Shown here one piece after another: positions 39,401 to 51,400 of a DNA stretch of 64,000 nucleotides. The DNA is from Leucoraja erinacea. Lineage: Eukaryota. Location of the stretch: contig NC_073400.1 of assembly GCF_028641065.1 (NCBI RefSeq), positions 29,636,001 through 29,700,000 of the forward strand, in the 5' to 3' direction. Each line of letters starts with the position of its first letter. The first letter of the stretch is position 1. Under the pieces are notes generated by a model that was given only the letters and a program-made list of their open reading frames with translations, was not told the origin of the DNA and did no database searches. Both the position numbers and the translations under genes were made by a program.

Positions 39401-42400
39401 TCATTTGACTCCCGGTCCCCTGCTATTTTCAGCAGATTATTTATGCCTTCCTTAGTGAAGACAGAACCAAAGTAGTTATTCAATTGGTCTGCCATGCCCT
39501 TGTTCCCCATGATCAATCAATTCACCTGTCAATTCAACATATTCAGCAATCAAGACATGATATATACCACAATGACATACAGCAAAATTATAACACAGTA
39601 TCTCAACTCTTTTTACACGTTGCAATGAATGCAATTTCTATTATTTATTTCCACTTCCAAACAAATATGTGGTTGGATTATTCAGCGTATGATCAACGTG
39701 TGTCAATAAATCCTGGACCATGGTAACATATATGCTTAACCATGCACACTACAGATTGATGCAAGCATGGTTTCTGTGAAGGACCAAAAATTATCATGAC
39801 ATGGCCATTGCATGGGTCGTTATTGCTATTGGTACAGAAACACTCTCGCTTCCCACATAATTTATCCACAACAAAATATACAGGTTGCAAGGACATTTTT
39901 ATGATAACAGCTGTTAAAACCGACTATACCCATCTGACAGGTTAAACATTACACTAACTAACAAGAGATGGCCAAAGGACTTCAAATGCAGCAAATGTTC
40001 TTTTGACAACATGTTTAAAGTTGTCAAAATGCCACGGTAGCAGTGACAATTGAACACTGCAGTTTTAATGTTTCACTGGTTCACAATTTAATTAATCCAT
40101 CATTATAGATTAAAACAAATAATAACATTAAGAATTAAAACACATTTGACTGCATTCCATTATCAAACATTGTCATTGTCGGTGCGGGATGGATAGATGG
40201 GGTCTTTGAGAAGGCAATCAGTGCAGAATGGATGGAGTGAGGCAGGGGGATTAGTGCGTATTGGTTGAGTAGATAAAATTGTGAGGGGAGAGTGCAGGAG
40301 ATGTCAGTGGGGGAGTACGGGATAGATGGGGTAATCAGTACCTGATGGGGGGGGGGGGGGGGGATCAGTGCAGGATGAATGTGTGGATCAGTACAGGATG
40401 AATGGGAGTGGGTCAGCATAGTGTGGATCGGGGGGTCTGTGCGGGATGAATGGGGAAAGACAGTGCAGGATGGATGGGAAGGGGGTCAGTACAGGATGAA
40501 TTGGGGGACCAGTGTGTAGGGGGGGGGGGGGGGGCAGGATAATCAATGCGAGGTGGATAGGAAGACCGGTGCAGGATAAATAGATGGGGGGGGGGGGGGT
40601 AGATGGGGAGGGGAGCACAGGGGGTAGATGGGGAGGGGAACACAGGGGGTGCAGTGAGGACTGAATATATGGGGAATTTGAATCAGTGTGGGGTGGAGAG
40701 GGTTGGTCCCAGGATAAGGGGGGGGGGGGGGGGGGGGTACGAGAGAGAGAGGGGGGGGAAGGGGCAGAGGAGGAAGGTCAGCGCTCCTCGGACAACACCG
40801 GCATCATCGCCCCACAGCCCGTCCCTCCCTGCCCACCGCCAAAGGGGGAGGTAGTTGGTCCGCCTCTCCTCCTCCGCCAGCTAACAGGAAGGTGCGGGGC
40901 CGAGCGGTGCAGGTGCTTCAGAGCAAAGATACTAAAGGAGGCTCCTCTAGTATCATTGCTTCAGACGGCGGAAGGAGGCCTCCCCCTTCTTTCCTCCTTC
41001 CCTCCCTCCTCGGCATGGAGGGTTTGTTTTGAAAGCGGTTATCGCCGTTGGCGTAGTGGCACTCAGCAGGCAGGGTGCAGAACGAAGTGCGGGGCCCGTC
41101 ATTCACTCCGATAAACTAAGGCGATGGTGAGGTGCGAGGGCCCGGCGGGGGGGAACGCGACGAGGGATCTCCCTTTTCCCCCCCAAATCATCCCGCGGGT
41201 CGGATTGGACCCTTCGAGGGTAGTTTAAAACCCCGATATAAAACAAACAGATTCCCCCCACCCCCCCCCCCACCGCCGCAACGCAGCGCAATATTCCACG
41301 GTTCTACTCACACAGACTAGGCCCGGAGCATCGAGGCGTTGCATTTAAAATGGCGGCGATCTGATCCCGCCCACTGCGCACGCGCGGAGAGACGGCGTCA
41401 TTATGCGTCGTTTGTCACCAGCTCCCCCCCGCCCCCCACTGCGCAGGCGCGGATGGTCGCAAATCTACTTTTCAAATCATCCCGCGGGCCGGAACCAGAA
41501 TTTCGTGTAATTTTTTTTTTCCCTCTGAATTTTTTTTACTCTGGAAAAAATGGGGGTGCGGTCGCACCCAAAGCACCCGCCCCCCTTATAGCGGAGCTAT
41601 AAGATCTTTGCTTCGGTCGGCCATGAGGGTGGGCCGAAGGGCCGGTTTCAGCGCTGCACTGAACTCCACGACCGTAACTGAACTCCACGACAGTGACTGT
41701 GACTCCACGACCGTAAAACGAAGGAAGACAGTACAAAGAAAAAAACAAAATAAGACATTAGTGCTCATCCTCTGATGACCTCCAAGCGTTTTGCTGGACT
41801 GAGTAATTGCCAACTGTGCTTTGTACTTACAGCTGCATTAACTGGGCCGAAGCTAGTGTCCGGGACCTTGGGAGGAGCCGTTACCATAAGATGCCAGTAT
41901 CATGCATATTACAAGTATCATGAAAAGTACTTGTGCAAGGGTTCTGATTGGAAATCCTGCAGTGTTCTGGCCAATTCTGCAAACCAACATAAAAACATTG
42001 ACGATAGAATAAGAATGGTGGACAACCAAACTGCTGGAGAATTTATCACTAAAGTGACCCAACTCTCTGCCAATGATACTGGGCTTTACTGGTGCGGCAT
42101 TGTGCAATTCGGCTATGACAGAATGGTTCCAGTGCGACTGAACGTTACAGAAGGTAAGATCAATCTTAATTTCTTCCTGATGAGATGTTCCCATATACCC
42201 AGACCAAATGGGGTGTAGAAACAAGGAACTGCAGATGCTGGTTTATTAAGGAAAGACACAAAATGCTGAAGTAGCTCAGCAGGTCAGGCAGCATCTCTGG
42301 AGAAGGGTCTCGATCCGAAACTTCACCTATTCCTTTTCTCCAGAGATGCTGCTGAGTTACTCCAGCTGTTTGAGCCTATCGGTGGAGAACGTGAAGAGGT

Positions 42401-45400
42401 GATGTTTCGGGTCGGGAAGAAGTCATTTTAGACGGCTTGCATGATGCGTGCATTAATGTGTTTGGATGAAGTGCATAGTTAACAGTCGGAATTATGCTCA
42501 ATGAAGCATTCACATATTATTTATGCTTCAAATAGTCACAAACTAAACATAGAAAATAGGTGCAGGAGTAGGCCATTCGGCCCTTCGAGCATGCACTGCC
42601 ATTCAATATGATCATGGCTGATCATCCAAATCAATATCCTGTACCTGCCTTCTCTCCATACCCCCTGATCCCTTTAGCCACAAGGGCCACATCTAACTCC
42701 CTCTTAAATATAGCCAATGAACTGGCCTCAACTACCTTCTGTGGCAGAGAATTCCAGAGATTTACCAATCTCTGTGTTAAAAATGTTTTTCTCATCTCGG
42801 TCCTAAAGGATTTCCCCCTTATCCTTAAACTGTGACCCCTTGTTCTGGACTTCCCCGACATCGGGAACAATCTTCCTGCATCTAGCCTGTCCGACCCCTT
42901 AAGAATTTTGTAAGTTTCTATAAGATCCCCCCTTAATCTTCTAAATTCTAGCGAGTACAAGCCGAGTCTATCCAGTCTTTCTTCATATGAAAGTCCTGAC
43001 ATCCCAGGAATCAGTCTGGTGAATCTTCTCTGTACTCCCTCTATGGCAAAAATGCCTTTCCTCTGGTCTGTAATTCCCCGTTTTTTCTCTCCCTCCCTTT
43101 TTAAAAAGTGGGGTTACATTAGCTAACCTCCAATCCTCAGGAACTACTCCAGAATCTAAAGAGTTTTGAAAAATTATCACTAATGTATCCACTATTTCTG
43201 GGGTTACTTCCTTAAGTACTCTGGGATGCAGCCTATCTGGCCCTGGGGATTTATCGGCCTTTAATCTGCCACCTAACACCACTTCCTGGCTAACTTGGAT
43301 TTCACTCAGTTCCTCCATCTCATTTGACTCCCGGTCCCCTGCTATTTTCAGCAGATTATTTATGCCTTCCTTAGTGAAGACAGAACCAAAGTAGTTATTC
43401 AATTGGTCTGCCATGTCCTTGTTCCCCATGATCAATTCACCTGTCAATTCAACATATTCAGCAATCAAGACATGATATATACCACAATGACATACAGCAA
43501 AATTATAACACAGTATCTTAACTCTTTTTACACATTGCAATGAATGCAATTTCTATTATTTATTTCCACTTCCAAATAAATATGTGGTTGGATTATTCAG
43601 CGTATGATCAACGTGTGTCAATAAATCCTGGACCATGGTAACATATATGCTTAACCATGCACACTACAGATTGATGCAAGCATGGTTTCTGTGAAGGACC
43701 AAAAATTATCATGACATGGCCATTGCATGGGTCGTTATTGCTATTGGTACAGAAATACTCTCGCTTCCCACATAATTTATCCACAACAAAATATACAGGT
43801 TGCAAGGACATTTTTATGATAACAGCTGTTAAAACCGACTATACCCATCTGACAGGTTAAACATTACACTAACTGACAAGAGATGGCCAAAGGACTTCAA
43901 ATGCAGCAAATGTTCTTTTGACAATATGTTTAAAGTTGTCAAAATGCCACGGTAGCAGTAACAATTGAACACTGCAGTTTTAATGTTTCACTGGTTCACA
44001 ATTTAATTAATCCATCATTATAGATTAAAACAAATAGTAACATTAAGAATTAAAACACATTTGACTGCATTCCATTATCAAACATTGTCATTGTCGGTGC
44101 GGGATGGATAGATGGGGTCTTTGAGAAGGCAATCAGTGCAGAATGGATGGAGTGAGGCAGGGGGATTAGTGCGTATTGGTTGAGTAGATAAAATTGTGAG
44201 GGGAGAGTGCAGGAGATGTCAGTGGGGGAGTACGGGATAGATGGGGTAATCAGTACCTGATGGATGGGGGGGGGGGGGATCAGTGCAGGATGAATGTGTG
44301 GATCAGTACAGGATGACTGGGAGTGGGTCGGCATAGTGTTGATGGGGGGGTCTGTGCGGGATGAATGGGGAAAGACAGTGCAGGATGGATGGGAAGGGGG
44401 TCAGTACAGGATGAATTGGGGGACCAGTGTAGGATGGGGGGGGGGTGCAGGATAATCAATGCGAGGTGGCTAGGAAGACCGGTGCAGGATAAATAGATGG
44501 GGGGGGGGGGGGGGGGGGTAGATGGGGAGGGGAGCACAGGGGGTAGATGGGGAGGGGAACACAGGGGGTGGCAGTGAGGACTGAATATATGGGGAATTTG
44601 AATCAGTGTGGGGTGGAGAGGGTTGGTCCCAGGATAAGGGCGGGGGGGCGTACAAGAGAGAGAGGGGGAAGGGGCAGAGGAGGAAGGTCAGCGCTCCTCG
44701 GACAACACCGGCATCATCGCCCCGCAGCCCGTCCCTCCCTGCCCACCGCCAAAGGGGGAGGTAGTTGGTCCGCTTCCACTCCTCCGCCGGCAAACAGGAA
44801 GGTGCGGGGCCGAGCGGTGCAGGTGCTTCAGAGCAAAGATACTAAAGGAGGCTCCTCTAGTATCATTGCTTCAGACGGCGGAAGGAGGCATCCCTTCTTT
44901 CCTCCTTCCCTCCCTCCTCGGCATGGAGGGTTTGTTTTGAAAGCGGTTATCGCCGTTGGCGTAGTGGCACTCAGCAGGCAGGGTGCAGAACGAAGTGCGG
45001 GGCCCGTCATTCACTCCGATAAACTAAGGCGATGGTGAGGTGCGAGGGCCCGGCGGGGGGGGGTGGAGCGCGGGCAAGCGACGAGGGATCTCCCTTTTCC
45101 CCCCCAAATCATCCCGCGGGTCGGATTGGACCCTTCGAGGGTAGTTTAAAACCCCGATATAAAACAAACAGATTCCCCCCCCACCTCCCGCCGCAACGCA
45201 ACGCAATATTCCACGGTTCTACTCACACAGACTAGGCCCGGAGCATCGAGGCGTTGCATTTAAAATGGCGGCGATCTGATCCCGCCCACTGCGCACGCGC
45301 GGAGAGACGGCGTCATTATGCGTCGTTTGTCACCAGCTCCCCCCCGCCCCCCACTGCGCAGGCGCGGATGGTCGCAAATCTACTTTTCAAATCATCCCGC

Positions 45401-48400
45401 GGGCCGGAACCAGAATTTCGTGTATTTTTTTTTTCCCTCTGAATTTTTTTTACTCTGGAAAAAATGGGAGTGCGGTCGCACCCAAAGCACCCGCCCCCCT
45501 TATAGCGGAGCTATAAGATCTTTGCTTCGGTCGGCCATGAGGGTGGGCCGAAGGGCCGGTTTCAGCGCTGCACTGAACTCCACGACCGTAACTGAACTCC
45601 ACGACAGTGACTGTGACTCCACGACCGTAAAACGAAGGAAGACAGTACAAAGAAAAAAACAAAATAAGACATTAGTGCTCATCCTCTGATGACCTCCAAG
45701 CGTTTTGCTGGAATCTGAGTAATTGCCAACTGTGCTTTGTACTTACAGCTGCATTAACTGGGCCGAAGCTAGTGTCCGGGACCTTGGGAGGAGCCGTTAC
45801 CATAAGATGCCAGTATCATGCATCTTACAAGTATCATGAAAAGTACTGGTGCAAGGGTTCTGATTGGAAATCCTGCAGTGTTCTGGCCAATTCTACAAAC
45901 CAACATAAAAACATTGACGATAGAATAAGAATGGTGGACAACCAAACTGCTGGAGAATTTATCACTAAAGTGACCCAACTCTCTGCCAATGACAGTGGGC
46001 TTTACTGGTGCGGCATTGTGCAATTCGGCTATGACAGAATGGTTCCAGTGCGACTGAACGTTACAGAAGGTAAGATCAATCTTAATTTCTTCCTAATGAG
46101 ATGTTCCCATATACTCAGACCAAATGGGGCGTAGAAACAAGGAACTGCAGATGCTGGTTTACTAAGGAAAGACACAAAATGCTGAAGTAGCTCAGCAGGT
46201 CAGGCAGAATCTCTGGAGAAGGGTCTCGATCCGAAACTTCACCTATTCCTTTTCTCCAGAAATGCTGGAGTTTAGAAGGATGGGGGGGATCTTATAGAAA
46301 CATATAAAATTATACAAGGATTGGACAAGCTAGATGCAGGAACAATGTTCCCAATGTTGGGTGTCCAGAACCTGCCATAGAGGGCAGTGGTGCCCAAGTG
46401 ACTGGATTGATTTAAGAGAGAGTTAGATAGAGCTCAGAGGCTAGTGAAGTCAAGGTATATGGGGAGAAGGCAGGCACATAACGTCGCCATCCATCCAGAG
46501 ATGTTGCCTAATCCGCTAAGATAATGCAGGAAGATTGTTCCCGATGTTAGGGAAGTCCAGGACAAGGGGGTCACAGCTTAAGGATAAAGGGGAAATCCTT
46601 TAAAACCGAGATGAGAAGAACTTTTTTCACGCAGAGAGTGGTGAATCTCTGGAACTCTCTGCCACAGAGGGTAGTTGAGGCCAGTTCATTGGCTATATTT
46701 AAGAGGGAGTTAGATGTGGCCCTTGTGGCTAAGGGGATCAGGAGAGAAGGCAGGTACGGGATACTGAGTTGGATGATCAGCCATGATCATATTGAATGGC
46801 GGTGCAGGCTCGAAGGGCCGAATGGCCTACTCCTGCACCTAATTTCTATGTTTCTATGTTTCTATAATTTTGTGTCTTTCCTTATTAGAAAAGACTGATA
46901 TAATGCTTTTAAATAAGAAATACTCAGATTTTTATTACAATTTATGAATCTATGGTCAAATTATAGTCGTCAGAAACTGTTGGTCACAAACGTCACAAAT
47001 GGTCGGCGTAGACACAGCGAGGCCATGGTGTTTCCATGCTATATCTCTAAACTAAACTAAACTAAACCAGACCATGCCACAATAAACTCTGTGTAGGTTC
47101 CTTCACAGAATGGTTGTTCAACTTTTCCAAAGGCCAAAGACAAAATGTTATCTCTATATAAACAATGTGTTGGATGTAAACGTATACAAACTGTAAAGTG
47201 TAAATGTGCGAAATGTGTTTTTCAGATCCAACAACACAACCACCTACAATATCTCCTGAACTTCAGGAAACAGCTCATCACGGAAATCAAAGGTAACAGT
47301 GGAATAGATAAATAAACAGAATTGGTTGTCATAGTGTCGCACATCCGATAAGCCAATCCAAATGCCCGTATCCATGTACCTTAGTTTAGTTTAATGATAC
47401 AGTGTGGAAACTGGCCCTTCGGCCCACAGAGTCCGTGTCGACCAGTGATCCCCACATAATAATATCCTACACATACTAGGGACAATTTACATTTTTTAGA
47501 AAGCCAATTTACCTGCAAACTTGTAGGTGTTTGGAGTGTGGGAGGAAACCAAAGATCGCGGAGAATCAGGTTACGGGGAGAACCACGCAGGTTACGGGGA
47601 GAACGTGCAAACTCCGTACAGACAGCACCCGTAAACCTGGGTCTCTGGCGCTGAAAGGCAGCAACTCTACTGCTGCGCCACCGTGCTGTACCTGTCCAAC
47701 TGTCTTTTAAATGTTGTTGTTGTAGTATCTACCTCAAATACTTTGTAACTTAGTCAGTGCCCTTTACCTGGTGACTAATCGCATACCATGGGTATGCAAG
47801 CCAAGAATTTCACTGTGACTTGTTATATGTGACAATAAACTATTCAATTCAACTTCCTCTGGCATGATTACTGTTGGTGTCAGTTTACTTCTTATCCCAC
47901 AAAGCCTTGAAGATTTAGTTTAGGGATATAGCATAGAAACCGGCTCCTCAACTCACCAAGTCCACCCTGACCATTGATCACCCGTTCAGACTAGCTCCGA
48001 CGTTATCCCACTTTCGCAACCACTTCCGTGACAAATCTATGTCACGCAATCAACAAAATTGATACATTTTCCCGCTGATTTGACCTTTAGTGAACTTTGA
48101 GTGCTGCAGTTATATTAGCTGTGTTGACCAAGTGTTGAAAACAGTGTGCAAAATATTAGACACTTTTGCCTTCGCAAGAGCACTAATAAGAGAATGGAAT
48201 GATAATGCTTTTAGTGGATCTTCTTCGTTGAAACAAATTGGCCCAGATCAGTCATCACGAAGCAAATTCCATTTTACAAGCCACATTTCAACCACAGCCA
48301 TGGAACCCGCTCAATATCAATGCCCAGATGAGACTGTTGATGAAAGAGTGGAGAAAATACAAGCTTGTACTTGCATCCAAAACTCTGCAATGATTTGGAT

Positions 48401-51400
48401 TGTGCAGCTGTTGCTGTTAATGCATGGATGAAAGCGCCAAGCATCTCCTGCAGCAGCACGGTGGTGCAGTGGTAGAGTTGCTGCCTCACAGCGCCAGGGA
48501 CCCGGGTTTGAACCTGACTACGGGTGCTGTCTGTACGGAGTTTGTACATTCTCCCTGTGACCCCTTTAGTTTTCTCTGCGTGCTCCGGCATCCTCTACCA
48601 TCCCAAAGACGTGCAGGTGTGTAGGTTAATTGGCTTCTGTAAGTTGTCGCTAGTGTGTAGAGAGTTGATGAGAAAGTGGGATAACATAGAACTAGTGCGA
48701 ATGGATGATGGCTGGTTAGCACGAACTAGGTGGGCCGAATAGCCTGTTTCCATACTCTATCGCCAAACCGAACTAACCTAAACTAATGTTTAAGATGGGA
48801 CTGCAGATGCTGGAAAATCGAAGATAGACAAAAATGCTGCAGAAACTCAGTGGGCGAAGCAGCATCTTTGGAGCGAAGGAAATGGGTGATGTTTCGGGTC
48901 GAGACCCTTTTTTTAGACTAAGGAAATAGGCGACGTTTCGGGTCGACACCCTTCGGGTCTCGACCCGAAACGTCGCCTATTTCCTTCGCTCCATATTTGC
49001 TGCCTCACCCGCTGAGCTTCTCCAGCGTTTTTGTGTAACCTAAACTAATATCAATTTGTTGTACTAACTGATTACAGAATCGCAGGATTATTACATAGAA
49101 ACATAGAAACATAGAAATTAGGTGCAGGAGTAGGCCATTCGGCCCTTCGAGCCTGCACCGCCATTCAATATGATCATGGCTGATCATCCAACTCAGTATC
49201 CCGTACCTGCCTTCTCTCCATACCCCCTGATCCCCTTAGCCACAAGGGCCACATCTAACTCCCTCTTAAATATAGCCAATGAACTGGCCTCAACTACCCT
49301 CTGTGGCAGAGAATTCCAGAGATTCACCACTCTCTGTGTGAAAAAAGTTCTTCTCATCTCGGTTTTAAAGGATTTCCCCTTTATCCTTAAGCTGTGACCC
49401 CTTGTCCTGGACTTCCCTAACATCGGGAATAATCTTCCTGCATCTAGCTTGTCCAACCCCTTAAGAATTTTGTAAGTTTCTATAAGATCCCCTCTCAATC
49501 TTCTAAATTCTAGAGAGTATAAACCAAGTCTATCCAGTCTTTCTTCATAAGACAGTCCTGACATCCCAGGAATCAGTCTGGTGAACCGTCTCTGCACTCC
49601 CTCTATGGCAATAATGTCCTTCCTCATATTTGGATGGTGTAAAACATCTTAGGAAATGACTGTTCAGCCCATCTAATCTCTACTAGCTCTGTGTTGGAGC
49701 AACCCAGTTGGTCTCACTATCCTTCACTCTCCACGGATCCCGGCAAACTTTTCGTGTTTAAGTATCTACCTGGTTCCCCTTCGAACACTTTCATTCCATC
49801 TGCCTCCACTGTTTCCGCACTGTATCTCTAAACTAAATTAAACCACTCACCTCTGGTATTGGCCCAAACCACAAGCTATTTTAAAATGAACTTCCCCATG
49901 TTACTTTCAGTTACTCTTTTATTGCCAATTGAAAATAAAAATAAAGTTTTAAATAGGAAGTATAACAACCTGCAACAAACTATGGTGTAAATATGATTCT
50001 ATATTTAAACTGAGTTGCCGCTCATGTAGATTCCTAGGGGGAACTTCATTCTAAGGGTGAATATTACTCAGGGCTTCCTCTCTTGATTGCTCTCTAATAA
50101 CTTGCTCAATTGTGTTTCCGTAGGAACATGAACGATGTGGAGGTTTGCAAACATCTAAAGCTGAATGGAGACAGAAGGAACTGCAGATGCTGGAATCTTG
50201 AATAAGATGAAAAGTGCTGGAGCAACTCAGCAGGTCAGGCAGCAACTGAGGATAGACAATGGATAGACAATGTTTTGGGTCAAGACTGCAGTTTTGGGGT
50301 TCCACGTGTCTCCTGACCCACTGAGTTACTACGGTAACTTACTCTCAATTCCAGCATCTGCAGTTCTTTGTGTCTCAATCTTAAGCAGGGTCCCAACCTG
50401 AAACATCGCCAATTCATTCCTTCCACAGATGCAGCTTGGCCCATTGAGTTACTCCAGCACTTTGTGCTTTACTAAAGCTGATCTTGACCCAAAACATTGT
50501 CTATCCATTGTCTATCCTCAGTTGCTGCCTGACCTGCTGAGTTGCTCTAGCACTTTTCATCTTATTCAAGATTCCAGCATCTGCAGTTCCTTCTGTCTCC
50601 CTTCAGCTTTAGCAGTTTGCAAACCTCCACATCGTTCATGTCCCCATGTGACTTGTGTATGTACCTGGTGTTGGGTATATAGTTAGTGTCTGGGGGTCTG
50701 CATCCCGCAAACATCAGTGGTTTTAGCAACAGATGCTAGCAATGCTAGCATTTATTTCAAGAAGGCTAGAATACAAAGACAGAGATATAATGCTGAGGCT
50801 CTATAAGGCGCTGGTAAGGCCGTTTTTGGAGCATGGTGAGTAATTTTGGGCACCGTATCTGAGGACGGATGTGCTGACTCTGGAGAGGGTCCAGAGGAGG
50901 TTTACAAGAATGATCCCAGGAATGAGTGAGTTATGAATGAGCGTTTGACAGCGTTGGGCCTGTACTCGCAAGAGTTTAGAAGAATGAGGGGGTATCGCAT
51001 TGAAACATACAAAATAATGAAAGGCTTGGATAGAGTGGATGTGGAGAGGATGTTTCCACTAGTGGGAGAGTCTAGGACTAGAGGTAATTGCCTCAGAAAT
51101 AAAGGACGTTCTTTTAGGAAGGAGATGAGGAGGAATTTCTTTAGTCCGTGGAGGACGTCAATGGATATTTTTAAGGCAGAATTAGATAGATATATTCTTG
51201 ATTAGTACGGGTGTCGGGGGTTATGGGGAGAAGGCAGGAGAATGGGGTTAGGAGGGTGAGATAGATCAGCCAGGATTTAACGGCGGAGTCGACTTTATGG
51301 GCCGAATGGCCTAATTCTGCTCCTGTCATTTATGACATGATCTAACAGAAATGGGAATAGAAAATTGAAAAACGTAAGAAACAACAAGTATGAAAATTGG

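Larger units (their letters stand above)
33748..46262 (+). repeat. Tandem array of a ~3.9-kb unit (periods 3980, 3926, 3916 nt), about 3.2 units with four IgV exons
   Basis: Exon starts at 33927/37907/41833/45749; the same ORFs recur in the ORF track at this period; near-identical sequence apart from G/C-run lengths and small indels. Confidence 0.97.

Noticed and set aside
33927-46069. Ig exon array as rearranging V segments (Ig/TCR-like)
   Set aside because: I found no heptamer-12/23-nonamer RSS next to the exons; each exon encodes a complete domain including the G strand and ends in a splice donor.
33748-46262. Four separate genes
   Set aside because: No leader, TM or cytoplasmic exon was found inside the repeat units.
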